64,000 nucleotides of DNA from Vicugna vicugna (GCA_013265495.1 MU058718.1:1984001-2048000); one strand, 5' to 3'. Counted from the stretch's first letter, positions 1-14,005 are shown. Translations and numbers: made by a program. Notes: a model not told the origin generated them from the letters alone.

Positions 1-440
1 AAGGCTACAAACTATACGTTTCCAACCAAATGACATTCTGGAAAAGGCACAGCTACAGAAACAATAAAAAGATCATGGTTTCCAGGGGGTTGGGGAGAGG
101 GAGGGAGGGAGGAGTGAACAGATGGAGCATAAAGGATTTTTAGGGCAATGAAATTATTCTGTATGATACTATAGTGGCTACATGTCATTACACATTTGTC
201 AAAGCCCATAGAACGTACAATATCAAGAGTGAACCCGAATGTAAACTATGGACTTTGGTTGATAATAACGGGCCCATGTTGGTTCACCAATTGTACCAAA
301 TATGCCACACTGATGAGGGATGTTGAGGGAGTATACATGTGTGGGTGGGGAGGGCTATGTGCAAACTCTATTTTCTGCTCAGTTCTGTTGCGAACCTGAA
401 ACTGTTCTAAAAGTATAAAGTCTACTAAATATTTTTTTTA
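1..440 (+). mobile_element. Old L1 3' end (L1MC-like) in a FERMT2 intron
   Basis: tgacattctggaaaaggc...catttgtcaaagcccatagaa...gtgaacccgaatgtaaactatggactttgg resembles the L1MC 3' UTR. Confidence 0.8.
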
Positions 441-533
441 AAAAGAGCACATATCTTGCAGAATAACAGACCGCCATGTCCCCTCCACCCCCAATGTGTT
501 TTAAAACATTTATGTATGTTTTTAATGTTGCAG

Positions 534-675
534 GTTCCAAGGGGGCAAAAAAGAAGAACTCATTGGAATCGCATACAACCGACTGATTAGGATGGATGCC
601 AGCACAGGAGATGCAATTAAAACATGGCGTTTCAGTAACATGAAACAGTGGAATGTAAACTGGGAAATAAAAATG
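534..675 (+). CDS. FERMT2: FERMT2 (kindlin-2) penultimate coding exon, FERM F3/PTB-like subdomain
   Basis: Acceptor ttgcag|G at 533/534 and donor ATG|gtaag at 675/676. Reads (R)[47 protein letters not shown], including the integrin-binding QW motif of kindlins. Confidence 0.97.
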
Positions 676-954
676 GTAAGCTCTGATGCTACTTGAACAC
701 ATGTACAGTCCTTCTGCTAAAAATGAATGAATTAGGAAGAAAAAGGCTTCTAAATTCTGAAGATTATTTGTACCATTACCTCTTAAGAGTATAAAGCAGT
801 TACTTCTATTCATTTCCCACTTAAATTTGCCCGTTTCTTAACTAGCCTAGTTACTGAATTCTAAGAACATAATACATTATTCTCTTGCCTTTCTATTACA
901 TTGTTCTGTAGCGGGTAAGTCCTTTCACTCACAGAGAGCAGCTACTCTTCATTG

Positions 955-1165
955 ATGCCCACTCTGTGCCAGGCATGACACTAGGTGCTTTACATTTGTC
1001 CCCTGTTTCTGAACCTCACTTCAGCCCTGTAAGGTAGACGGATTATCCCTGCTTTACAAATGAGGACAGGAAAATTGAGAGGACTGAGGGCCGTCATTGT
1101 CCACGACCACACACTTAGTAACAGAATCAGGATTCAAACCTGGATACTTAGGGCTCTGAAGCCTG
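955..1165 (-). mobile_element. MIR SINE
   Basis: tgtgccaggca...tgctttacat...tttacaaatgagga...ggattcaaacc, MIR core in reverse. Confidence 0.7.
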
Positions 1166-1665
1166 GCACGTCTATGTGTCGTGCTACCCCTAGCCTTGGA
1201 GTACATGAGCACCAGTCTTTTACTAGTAAGTCATCTGTTTTACGGTCATTGGGTTTGTTGTATTAATTTCGATTACTTCAGAGAATCTTGTATTTCTGAA
1301 ATACTCAAACACGATACCTAAAGGTTAAATATCTAAAGCAAATGTTGAACATAACACAGGAAGTAGGTTTTCTCCCAGGACTTGAAGAGAGAGGTTCTCA
1401 TAAATTGAATCACCAGAGACCACTTGGGAACTTAATGACCTAAGCCCCTTGCATTCAGTCTTCCTTTTCAGAACATGAAACTGAAAAGGCGTGGGGGAAG
1501 GGCTGGTACACTTCAGCCTTTTGGACTTGAAGGCATTACTAGTTCAAGATGAAAAAAATACCTGAGAACCTCATTTTGCGATAAGGACAGGCCTGGAGCG
1601 AAACAGCCTCACTTGGACCCGACCGTCTGCAGCGTTGCCGGGACTGAGTTCTGTCTCTGTTCCAG

Positions 1666-1839
1666 GTCACTGTCGAGTTTGCAGATGAAGTCCGGTTGTC
1701 CTTCATTTGCACTGAGGTAGACTGCAAAGTGGTTCATGAATTCATCGGCGGCTACATATTCCTCTCAACACGTGCAAAAGACCAAAATGAGAGTTTAGAT
1801 GAAGAGATGTTCTACAAACTTACCAGTGGTTGGGTGTGA
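1666..1839 (+). CDS. FERMT2: FERMT2 terminal coding exon
   Basis: Acceptor ctctgttccag|GTC, in phase with the previous exon. Reads [57 protein letters not shown], the kindlin-2 C-terminus; TGA at 1837-1839. Confidence 0.97.
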   Translation, partial: VTVEFADEVRLSFICTEVDCKVVHEFIGGYIFLSTRAKDQNESLDEEMFYKLTSGWV

Positions 1840-2935
1840 ACGGAAGTGCTGTATGATGAAGCGCCACAGCCATAACAGTTATTTAACTTTAAAAGCTGTT
1901 GTTTGTTATATGCTGCTTAATAAAGTTAAGCTTGAAATTATTTTATCATGAGAACTTTTCTGCCTTACCAAACCAGTTACTATGTGCACTAACAACTATG
2001 GCTATTAATCTGCTATCATGAGACAGTATATGGACTTGAATGTGGCACGTGTTCCTTGGGGCCATGAGTTGAAAACCGAAGTAGTGGGCAAGTCAGGAAC
2101 AAAACATCACTGATGCAAGCTAGCCAAACTGCAAGAAATGCAAGCCATCTACTTTAAAGCTACCCAGGGCTTAACTATATGAAGTCTATTTATCATGTTT
2201 AATGCATGTATTTTAATGTATGTTTAATTCGACCTCGTATTTTTAAGATATCCTTCTGGTAGCCATTTGTCATCTGTCCCCCCGACCCCACAATAAATCA
2301 GGCCTGCAAAAGCTGCCTGGTATTTAATAATGTTGTCGTTTGATCTTGAAGGAAAATGCTATTAGTTGTTATGCTTGGTTTTCGTCTTTGAATAAGCATG
2401 TATGTATATTGTCTTGTGTTTTTATTTTTACACCATATTGTATTACAACACTTTAGTATTCACCAGCATATTCACTGTCTGCCTAAAATATGCAATTTTT
2501 GCATTACAATATGAAGTAAAGGTTTATGAAGTATGCATTTTGTGTAACTAATGTACAAACACAAATTTTATAAAATTGTACAGTTTTTTAAAAACTACTC
2601 ACAACTAGCAATGGCTTAGATGTAGCATCTTTGCATTAATTATATGCTTTTTAAAATATAATTGATGTGCAGTTTTAATATCTGCTAAATTAAGAATGAC
2701 TTGGTTATAGTCATGATTTGCCACAATGCCCTTAACTCTAATGCCTGGACTGGCCATCTTTGAGTCTGTTGCGCTGTTACAATCTGCATTGGTGCTAGTC
2801 AGAAAATTCCTAGCTCACGTAGCCCAAAAGGGTGCCAGGGAGGGGTGGATTACCAGTATTGTCCATTAATCCATGGTTTAAAGACTGTATAAATGCATTT
2901 TATTTTAAATAAAAGCAAAATCTTTTATTTAATGT
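1840..2935 (+). other. FERMT2: FERMT2 3' UTR
   Basis: AU-rich, repeat-free ~1.1 kb after the stop. AATAAA at 1919, 2292 and 2908; the last is followed by a U/GU-rich tract (ttccttctgtacttcttgtttttactgtttg). Confidence 0.85.
2908..2913 (+). terminator. Distal polyadenylation signal of FERMT2
   Basis: AATAAA with upstream TGTA (2886) and a downstream U/GU-rich element. Confidence 0.8.
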
Positions 2936-3249
2936 TCCTTCTGTACTTCTTGTTTTTACTGTTTGCATGGCATTAACTTTGTAGAAGTGAACTCCTGCCT
3001 TTTGGGAGTGCTCTACCTACAGCTTGCGAGAAGAGCTTGCTTAGTATTCTGGCGTGTCAGCGGATAGACATATTTAATCTCCACTATGGATTCTTCCACT
3101 TAAATTGAGAACCCCTCATTTTTCCCACTTAAGAATGAACTGTAAAATATTTACATGTCAGAAATATGAAAGATGAACAGACATTGTTGACTTGGGCAGG
3201 ACTGGTTTTAAACAGCAAAATGACTCAGTTTAAACAAAAACATTTAGCA

Positions 3250-3385
3250 GGGAGAGAACTACCCCAGTGGTAGAGCACATGCCTAGCATGCACGTGGTCC
3301 TGGCTTCAATCCTCAGTACCTCCACTAAAATAAATTTTAAAAAAGCAATTACCTCCTACCAACCAAAAAAATAAAAAGATAAAAA
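3250..3385 (+). mobile_element. tRNA-Ala-derived SINE (camelid type)
   Basis: cagtggtagagcacatgcctagcatgcacgtggtcctggcttcaatcc (A/B boxes) plus A-rich tail; homologous to five other copies in the window. Confidence 0.85.
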
Positions 3386-6300
3386 CCCTACATCTTGTAT
3401 GACTTTACTCCCTACTGTTACTGCTGTCATAGCATCATTTAGACTCAAAACTGCAGTTCTGGACTTTCTCCTGTACCCCCTGCATCTACCCAGGCAAGGC
3501 TGCTGCTTTTTCCCTCCTGCAGCCCAGGGTCTTTCTCAGCTGCCTGCCACGATGCCCCAACCTCTTAACGCAGAGCTCAGATCACATTCTCCATGGCTTT
3601 TCTTTGTATTCTCAGGCCAGGTCATAACAGGCCTCGCTCTAAAATTTAAGAGCTTCTTCCCATTAAAAACATTTCTAATGATATGTTCCTTTTTCTCATC
3701 CTAAGCACAGGTCACCAACTTACACCGTCACTTGCTTTTTAAAAGCCCAGAAATACATTCAGTCCATGGCATACCCGAGTCCTTAACGGTCCCACGGCCT
3801 CCCCACAAGGGAGAATAACCTCTGTGCCAATTTCCCCGCCTCTGGTTTGCCCTACTGCCCTCCCAGTGGTTTCGAGATTAATTTAGCCCCAGCCCAGCAC
3901 CTGCTGTGTCACCTCTAATCCCTCCTGGTTGCCTGCAGCGTAAAAGCTTAGAGGGCTTCCACGGGCTGTTTTCTGGCTCACATTTTTCATCATCTCCCAA
4001 CAGCCTTCTGCATGTTCCACTCACCCTGGGCAGCTCCCATTCTCCAGACCCACTTTGCTGGCCCATCTGCATGTCATTCCCCAGACCTGGGATGTCTTCA
4101 TCCCCAAAACTTCTAGCCTCCACCTGTCCACATGTCATCTTTCTAGCATTTTAGAAATTTTCGAAAGAGCTCCGGTGTTCTTTCTTCCATGAATATGTCC
4201 ACGTTTCCTTGTAGCCAAAATTTTTCTCTTACTCCTCTGATCTGCCATTGAATCTGGTCCTTTGTGGCACTTAAGACCAGCCATCCTTACCAGGATTGAG
4301 TATATCCTATTGCCCCTAGTAAGCGATTACTTCCTTGAAGACTGGGTCTGAGCCTCGTGGTTTCTAGCTAGCATCAGTTAACACGTTTGTTTATTTAATA
4401 GAATGATGGTTATTTTGGAAATCAAGAAATTAGTACAACTTGGGGTTTTTCAGCCTCAGCATAGTTTAATATGGAGGAAACACGTGTTTTGCACACCAAC
4501 TATGCATCAAGAGGCATGCTAAGCGCTTTCCCATGCATTCTCTTTATTCTGAAAATTCGTGCAATCCAACCTCTTCATTTTACAGATGAAGCTCTTAGAG
4601 GCCAAGTGACCTGTTTGGAGCCACATGGCTACAGCTGGTAAGTGCCATGGCAGAGCTAGAAGTGGAACCCAGGTTCCAGCTTCTTGTCCAGTGGTGGTAA
4701 AAACAAAGCCTTCGTGAATCCTGGGGCCCCTGTCGGTAGTGGTCCCTCTACAGAGGTGACATCAGTCCACAAAAAACACTGGCGAGGCCTCCAGGGACGT
4801 GGTTTCCAGTTTCAGCGCCTTGTGGATGTGAAGCCATGGGACAGGAGACCCACCAAGCTCCCTACCTACTCCTTCTCGTAGGCCAGCAGATTAGAGAGCT
4901 GCTGGAAGCCCCTGATGTAATACTCAGTAATGTTTATTTGGTACAAATTATTTTTTATACAACCTTGAACTTCAAAACCCAGGAATCTAGAGACGTAAAC
5001 TTATTTTTCCCCTGGCATTACTGAGGTATAGCTGACAAGACTGTAAGATATGTAAAATGTACACTGTGAAGTGATGTGGGTATCCATTGTAAAAGAAGTC
5101 TCACCATGTGGTTAATTAACACATCTGTCACCCCAGAAACATGAACTTCGCAGAAGGAAAGCCATTTGCTGGACCCAACCTGTTACACAGGCCAAAAAGC
5201 AACAGTGTAGCAGACTGCTTTTTTTCATTCTGTATACCATAGTTTAGTTATTTTTTTTTTTTTAATGTTAAAAAGGTATTCTTAAGGTGCTTCTAATTGG
5301 TTATCAGCTAGTGATGTGGTAGGATCAGACCAACCTGGGTTTCTGACCCTTAATTTATCTGGAAAAAGTACCACATAGTTAAGTAAAACGTTTAAATACC
5401 TGACACCGGGCCTACATTGAATATAGTCATTTTTTTTAGTAAAATGTTAGGTTTTTTTTTTTAACCTAAACCTTTTTTTGATCCTCTGGAATGCACCCCT
5501 ATTCTATATGCCTTCCATAGTTATTTCTACGCCCGGTAATTAAGTGTGACAAGGGCTGCTGCTGTTTTTAGACATCAATCAAAACATGGTAATGTCTTCA
5601 CCACTTAGATAATTCAGAAAATAAGAATAGGGCTTTCTGAAATCCATCCCCTTGCAACAAACTATCATCATTGCTACTGTCTGACGGCCTCTCCTACACA
5701 CATAAACCCTGCACAGCTGCCGTCGACGCTCTGCTTTAGTCTAAAAATGCAAAAACTAGTTCCAACAAATCCTGCCACTCCCCAAAACGTTTTCGTGGCT
5801 TCTGTAGTCATTCCCTGTTTTTGTAGCTCTGTAGTTGCAAAGAAAGACAAGGATGAGCTATCCGGGTGTAGGCCTAACAGACATGGTACAGTAATAAGCT
5901 GATCCAGTTCTTACTCTGCTAGTAACATTCCTGTCATCTCTACACAGTAATATCAGGGAGAAGTTGTATACTGAAAGCTCTGTGCTCCTCAACAAATTAG
6001 CTGTGTCTCTATGTGTCTGAACTGCTTTGGTTTGACAGCTCAAGAACAGGAGAGGGGGAGGGAGAGTGACAGGAAATGGGAAATCATCAATCTGGGTAAG
6101 AGGAATGTATCTCCCCTAGTGGACTGCAGAGCCACCCAGAACAGGAAGCAGAGTGGCAAAAACAAATAAAAAAAACAACAACAAAAAAAAACCTATCTGG
6201 TGACCTTATTTCCCTCCGTGCTGATTCCTCTCTTGCTTTCTCTGCTGTATTTAATAAACAATACTAAGTTTCCCAGGCAGAATGTATACATTAAATTTCT

Positions 6301-6814
6301 CTATTTATTCCCTTAGTAAACAGTTATCAGCACACACGCTCCTCCCTGGTTGAGTTTCCCTTTTGGTATCTGTGCATGGGCCTGTATATTACTAAAAACT
6401 ACAAGCACTTAAAATAATCTGAGACCATTATTTCGTGAGATCTAATTACAGTCTCATGTGGCTTCACTGGCCAGGCATTATGTATATTACTGCTCAGGGA
6501 AGTGGTCCAAGTTCAATGTTAATTAAATTTGCGATAAACACAGCACGACCAACCAAACAGATTTAACATGTCCGTATTAATATGGTTTATAGATATTGTA
6601 CAATAAAAAAACCCACTTTTTCTGAGCACAAATTCTCATCTCAAATCTAAATTTCATGAACTTAATTTTTATGACTAAGTAAAATTCAAGTAAACACATT
6701 TATTTATTCTCAGGTTTACTGATCAGAACATCTAAACCTTGTTTGTTCCTTGCCTAATTACAAGTTCAGTCAGCTCTTAGAAGGAACATTTAGAAAACAG
6801 TATTTTTTCCTACT

Positions 6815-7975
6815 CTAGGAGCACAAAGGGCCAAGAATGGCTAAGACACTCTTAAGAGCAACAGGTGAGGCTGCTGGCCTTGCCAGATGGCGAGAAGTCA
6901 TGAGACACTAGACTGAACTGTAGCGCTGATGCTGGGATGAATACAATAACCACAGATCCCAAACAGACTCCAGAAGCAAACATGCCCACGTATGGAAACT
7001 TGATTTCCGAGAGCCAGCCTTGCCGATCCGTTGGACAAGGACCTCCCGCCGAACGGTGCTGGGGGCTATCTCTACAGAAGGAATTTGGCCCACTAACCTC
7101 ATCTATGTGCGCAGCAGTCCAAATCCACTTCCAAGTGGATTAAATACTTAAATATGGAATGGGAAAGAATTAAACTTGTACAAGATACCGTAAGAGAGCA
7201 TTTATATGATATTGAGGAGAGATTCTGTGTATTAACAAAACACAAATACGAACCATTAAACATTAAGAACAGAACTATAAAGATACTGGAAAGAGTTAAA
7301 AGGCAAATCCAGCTGGGAGGAGGTATTTGCAGCACATAATTCACAGAGGACCACCATCTAGACTGTAAAAACACATGCTCACTGATGAAGCCAACAGAAA
7401 ATGGACAGAACACTGGGATGAGGACTTGACAAAAGAGGAAAGCTGAACAGCCAGTAAATCCACAAAAGTCTGTCCGACTGTACTAGTATTCTAGAAAATG
7501 GGGAAGAAACCAAATTTTAAACACAACTGAAACATAGTTTCACATGTACCACGTTGGTAAAACTTTCAAAGCCTGACAATGTCCAGTATTGGCCACGATG
7601 TGGGGCCACTGGAATCCTTGTTGGCGGGAGTATAAATTCGAACAGAGCACTGCACACTCGGGCGTCATCTAGTAAAACTAAAGACGTATCCTACAAGCTG
7701 CAGTCCCACTCCTGGTACTTACGTGGAGAACCTGGAGAAACTTGTACCTGCAGACCAGGAGACATGCACTCGAATATGCACAGCAGAACTATTCATAACA
7801 GCAAAAAACTGGAAATCAAATGTCCATGGTAAATGGATAAATTATAGTTGCAAAATGGAATCAAAATAGCAAGTGAAAAAATTCCAACACACAAAACAAC
7901 ATGGAGGATCCTCAACCTAATGTTGAATCACAAATCTAGCTACAGAACACACAGCATGGCTCAAGTTTAAAAACG
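6815..7975 (+). mobile_element. Degenerate old L1 (L1ME-like) ORF2/3' fragment
   Basis: Eroded L1 ORF2 motifs (ggccaagaatggctaagacactctt, acagactccagaagcaaacatgcccacgtatggaaacttgattt, cagcagaactattcataacagcaaaaaactggaaa). Confidence 0.7.
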
Positions 7976-10900
7976 CGCACGGCTGTTGAACATCAGAAAT
8001 GGAAGTGAGTCCTGTCCCTGACAGCTGCCACTCCATTCTCCTGATAGACTTTCCTGGGCCTGGACTAGATCAGCACACAAGTCTCACCCCTGCTGCCAAG
8101 TGAATTACTAATTGGCTGACCGTTTGGCTGCCCTGGTTTAAGAACGGAGCTAGTGAGCCCAGGGTCAGGGGTTCAGTCTCCCTGAGGTCCGGCTGGCTTT
8201 GCTCAGTTTCATGCGCACAAGCAGCACCATTATTCTGAGAACGTGCAGGAAGTGTCACAAGCGGGACTGGACAAGAGGAGAACGGATCTATCAGCTCAAT
8301 CAGAAAATCAACATTAAGCTTAAGCTCAAGGCTCTGGTCAGTGTACAAATCATAGGACTGTTACTCATAAGCAATTGTGAAGGTGTCAACCCAAATATTA
8401 GTAAACCATCCAGGTCACAGCAGAGGAGTCAGGTACTCACCTGACACCGTCTCTTGCTGCCCACCTTAGTTAGTATTCAGGTGCTGACTTTCTCAGGAAT
8501 TCTGAACAAAATGTTGATTCTCAAGAAAGTAGGCTTTCATGATTTCAAAGTGCTTTATAAATGTATGAACATGAAGTCAACAGGATGGGAACGACAGATA
8601 AAAACCACTGCTACAGAGCAGGGCAATCCTGAAAATGCCTAGAATCTATTTTGATTTGTGTTTTAAAAATGTCCCTGTTCACACAGAAAGTACCAGAGTA
8701 AGGAGTGATTATAGGTAAGTAAAACTGTTAGAAGGCTTTTAAAAAATAATCAGTGATACTAGTTCCACATGGCTTCAGTGAGACGGAAGACCTACAGTAT
8801 CTGGACTAAACTAGATACATACAAAGTTTTCTGATACGAGTCTACTGAAAAGCCATCATTTGTACCAGGGAGGGACGATACCAGTTAATCTGTACCAAAG
8901 ATGGGAAAAGGAAGCTTCAAAGTAGCTTCAACAGGGAAGAAACTTACTTAACAAGAGCAAAGACAAGAGCAAAGCAAACAGGAGACGGTTTTGAGGCTAT
9001 GTCCTCCCCTTGGGTTCAACTTTTATTTCTAAACGTTATACTCAAGAAAGCACTTTGTACAATCAGCCTATATGTCCTCAAGGAACGTTTGGAAATGCTT
9101 CAGTTTCAAAAGAGGCCCTGATGCTTTGTCCTAAATAGGTTATGTTTCTTTCTGATCAGGTTTTAGTGTCATTTCAGTGTTCCAAGTGCTTGCCATCTGG
9201 CAGTAGTTTAGAAACTTCCTTTTGCTTTCTCATAAATCTTGTTGAAAGCAACCACATAATGAAGAGTAAATGCCTTCTACTTATCCTTAGCAGGAAGCCG
9301 GAACTGAGTTCCCTGCAACGCCCTGTCCAGACCCGGCCGCACTGTCGATGGAGGCCCCACTGTGACCTTGACTCCCCTCACATGTCCAGAATTCCTCCTA
9401 TGAAGACCTTAAAGAGGGGACTGGACAGATGTTTTCTTTCATCTTCACTGGTTAAGACAAGTCTGTGGAATGTAGAACTTTTAGAGAGTTTTTGTTGTTT
9501 TGATTTTTGTTTTTAGGCAAACAGCGGGAATTAAAAATGTTTCCTCAAGTATCCAGAACTGCCCGAGATCAAATTATGTTGATTTCGAAGCAAAAATGAT
9601 TTCTAAACCTATGAGATTTGATTATAAACCTCGCCCTTGATTTATACTCTTGAGAAACTGCACTCAGAAGCTGTGTCCATAGAAGCCTGGGCACAGTCTT
9701 TCGCAATCTGTTAGGCAACTAACTATTTACGGGTGGGGGTGATAACTAACTGGCACACAATTAATTGAGCTCTGCCTCTAAGTAAGAGGTCACAGATCAC
9801 TGGAGGCCAGGCAGCTCATTTTGTTCCAGGAGAGCAATACATTCAGATGAATTCCTCAGGGAGGCAGGTGAAGCTGCATCGTTGACTCTTCTTCTGAGAA
9901 AGGGAAGAAACTTCTCCTGGTCATCTGAAGACCAAAGTGGGTTCCTAAGCTGAAGATGGAGAAGGAGCTATTATTCTTTCTAATAAATGGAATATTCTGA
10001 GCACTCAGAAGGAAGAAGATACAATGCTAATCAATGTAGGACCCAGAGATAAAAAGACTAACAGTCATGGAAGACAGTACAAGGGTTTGGTCCATGCACG
10101 TGGCCGTTTATGACTAACCCCTCAGCGAGCGATGGAGGTGATAAGTTGAACGCTGCGGGCCAGGGCAGCCAGGGACACTGCTGGACCTCGGGGCCACCAC
10201 CGGGCCTTGAGGACAAGGACAGGAGCCAGAGGGGAGGCCCTGAAGGCAGGAGGGTTGGAAGCAAGGTTCCAGGTCAGTGAGAAAATCCCAGTCCCAACAT
10301 AAGGAAGTGGTAGGTGCTTAATTCATATTTGTGAAAATCTAAAAGAGGGATTTTTTTTAAAAGGAAGCTGATTAAAATACTCAGAGAAATCATCTGTAGT
10401 AACGTGGTATGTGTTTATTATTCAAATGAATGAGTTATTCAAATGAAGCCAAACTGAGCCAACTATTTCAGAAGCACAGATGGGGACCAGACCGCGAGGG
10501 AGACAAACCATTCAACATCCTCCTGAGGAAACACGGAAAACACTACACCTCTCTGAAGCATCGGCAACAACTAGTACAGATGCTCGTGTTTTTAAAAAGC
10601 AGCCGAGGAACAAAGAGGAGAAAGCAGCGACAACAAGCAAGGTTTTATAAAAACATGATAAAAGAGGATAACACACTAAGATGTCACGGAGACCCATGGG
10701 AAGGCCAACTGCGGTTTTAAAAGACGCTCCTTGCATCTCAGGATGGGAGGGAGGCAGCGGAAACAGAAGCGTGTGAGCCGGGAGCGTGGCGGGAGGCAGG
10801 GAAGCAGAGCGGGCGTGGGAACCTCCACGAGACGATGTGCGGAGACCTGCGCCCCCAGCAGACCCAGCAGACAGGCCTCAACCTGCTTTTCTCCCACAAC

Positions 10901-12179
10901 ATACGTCGTGGTGCTCAGAGAAACTTCTGTGACGGGATCTGGAAAGACTGTCACCGCAAACTAGGCTTCAAAGCCAGCTCTTCCCGGCAAATTCCATTTA
11001 GGTCTTCCAGAGAAAACTGATGTCAAAAACCAACACTGTGTAAAGCAAGAAAGAGACCAGCGGAGCCCTTCTCATCCGACAGGGTTGCCTCGACACTACT
11101 GAGCCTTGGAGAGCCCTTCCCTGACAGCCCTCTCTGCGTCCCCACAAGATCCGTATTTACTGAGTGTCTCCCTGGCTACAGAAGCAGAAGGCCCCGCGCC
11201 TGGAGGTGGACGCTGCTCAGGAAAGAGACTCAGAGGGAACTGCACTCCAGGCCTGAGAGTGAACATGGTTATACACTTGGGCTTTTGTGAGCCAGCTGGG
11301 GATTATTTATTTTGCTATTTTTAGGTCCAAAAATCTGAGCCTCCTCTCCCTACCACTAGCTGTTTTGAAGTTAGAAAACAGAGCCAATTTAAATACTAGC
11401 CCAAGCAAAACATCCCAGAGACAGGTGTTCGCAGAAGAGCGAAAATAAGTTCAAATTCAAAAAGCAAACAAACAAGAAAAAAAGATTTCGGGATTGTCTG
11501 CATTACCATTTAATGTTAGGAATGTGAAGACAATCTCATGGAAATAAAGTTTAAGTGTTCATTTCCAAGTTCACTACAAGGGCAAGAGCCCTCCTCTAAT
11601 TTCTTCTCAGCCAAACCTTCCCCGGTGGGATCCTATAAGGTCAATTCCCCAAACACCGGAGACAGTCACACTCAAATTAAACAGAACAGGGTTTTTGCAA
11701 AGCCAAATAAGAATACATTTTTAAAGTGATCTTTGTCACATTTTCCCCTTTGCTAATAATAATAAATAACATTTATTGAGTAAGAACTTGGCAAAGCACT
11801 TTACACATATTTCATCTCATTTAAACCTCACAAAGCCCTGTGACAGACCTGAACTATGGAGAAATCAAGAAGTTTTCTCAAAGCCATGGAGTTAATAAAT
11901 GGTTTCAAGGATTGTAATCTTCAACCACTGTGCTGCTCCATTAATGCGGATAATTGAATATTGCCCAGAAAAATACAGTAGCCAAAGCAACCCATGATCG
12001 ATCCAATCAATTCACGTTTTAAATTTTATAGACACTTTAAAACTTTTTATTATGGAAAAATTCAAACATACATAAAGAAAATAGTATGATGAACCGGCGT
12101 GTACTGGTCACACAAATTTAATAATTACCAACAGCCTGCCATTCTTGCATGATTTTTACCTCTTCCTACTCCTTGTTCT

Positions 12180-14005
12180 ATTATTTTTTTTTTGCAGTTT
12201 TTTTGAGGTAAAACATACCTACACTGACATGCACAAATCTCAGCAGTATAATCTGACAAACGGACACACACCTGTAATCCACGCCCCTCCTGTGATTTAG
12301 AACATTCCCATCTCTCCAGAAGGGCCTCCGTGTCCCCTCCCAGTCATCCTTTCCTACCCCCAGATGCAACCACTGTTTTTTTTTCCCTCCCACCTTAGTT
12401 TTGCCTCTCTCGAGTTTCTCTAAATGGAATCACACATGTCCTCTTGTGTCTGGCTTCCTTTGCTCCCCATGTTTATGAGATTTATCCAGCATTGGTGAAT
12501 GTATCAGTAGTCCATTCTCCAGGTGAATGCACCCCAATTTGTCAACCTGTTCTCCTACTGAGGCACAGGTGGGATGTTTCCTTCTCTAGCTGTTATGAAT
12601 CAAGCTACTGTGAACATTCCTGTACAAGCCTTTTTGTGAATATGTGTTTCGTTTCTCTGGGGCGAGATTTCCAAGTCAAAGGACAGGTGTATGTTTGATT
12701 TTTATGTGAAACTGCAACCTTTTCCAAAGTGGATATACTCTTTTATGTATTTCCACTGGCCATGTTGCTTATAGCTCACCAACATTTGATGTTGTTAATC
12801 TTTTTACTTTTAGCCGTCCTAACGGGTGTGTGGTACTAGTTTACTGTGGTTTTAATCCGCATTTCTCTGATGACTAATGATGAGCGTCATTCTCTGTGCT
12901 TGCTGACTGTTCACACACCTTCCTGTGTGAGGTGTGGGTTTAAGGTTTCTGTCCATCTTTTTAAAAGTGGGTTGTCTTTGTTACTGAGCTGTGGAGTTCT
13001 TTATACCCTCTGGATTATTTATTAGATTATGCATTTGCTACCATCTTCTTCCAGGCCATGGATTGCTTATTTATTTTCTTAAAAGTGTTTCTAATAAACA
13101 GAAATATTTTGAAAAGCAACTTTCTTGTGGTATAATTTCTGTATAGTAAACTACACGTATTTCAGGTGTACAATTTGATGAATTTTGATAGATGTGTACA
13201 CCCATGAAACCACCGCCACAATTAAGACAGCTAACATTTCCATCACTCTCCAAGAGGTACAAAGTTCGAACTCCCAATTTATCCTTTCCTTCCCCCTTTA
13301 TCCCCTGGTAACCACGAGTCTGTTCTCTATACCTGTGAGTCTTAAACAGAAATATTTAATTTTGAAGAAATCTAACTTACACTTTTTTCTTTTACGGTTA
13401 TTGCTTTCTGAGTCCCATCTGAAAAAGAGCTGCCTACACCCCCTCCGTGGAGGTAGCCTCCTGTGTTCTCTTTCTAAAGCTTTACAGTTTCGCTTCCACA
13501 CTAGGTCCAGAATCCATCTTCGATTAAGCTTTGTATCTGATGTGAGGTATCGGTTGGGATTCATTTTCCCACACGTGGTTGCCCAGTTATTCCCGAACCC
13601 TTTGTTGAAAACACTACTGTTTCCCCATTGAGTTACCCTTGTCCTTTTGACAAACATCAACTGGCTACATAAGTGAGGATCTATTTCTGGACTTTCTGTT
13701 CTGTCCTTATTTTTCTCTTCTGTACTTTTTCTCTCTTCTGCCAGAGCAGAAGTTTTGATGATTGTGGCTTGATACTGTAAATCTTCATTCAGGTAACTGA
13801 AGTCCTCTAGCTTTCTTCTTCTTAAAGATTGCTTTGGCAAGTCTAGGTCCTCTGCATGTCCATATAGATTTTATAATTATCTTGTCAATTTCTACATTAC
13901 AAAGCTGGCTGAGATTATATTGAATCTCTGCACTACTTTGCAAAAAACTGACATTTTAACAAGAACGAGTCTTCCAATCAATATGGTATCTCTTTCCATT
14001 TACTT
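12180..14005 (-). mobile_element. Old L1 ORF2-3'UTR fragment with a nested insertion
   Basis: Minus-strand ORF 13298-13840 contains L1 ORF2-like PEIDPHLCSQLMFVKRTRVTQWGNSSVFNK...WILDL; L1 3' terminus near 12180. Confidence 0.85.
13110..13342 (-). mobile_element. Chimeric L1 insertion (young 3'UTR piece joined to an old L1 3' terminus)
   Basis: Perfect 15-bp TSD taaacagaaatattt at 13095-13109 and 13343-13357. Confidence 0.75.

Noticed and set aside
13298..13840. 180-aa minus-strand ORF
   Set aside because: Decayed L1 ORF2 fragment running into a nested insertion.
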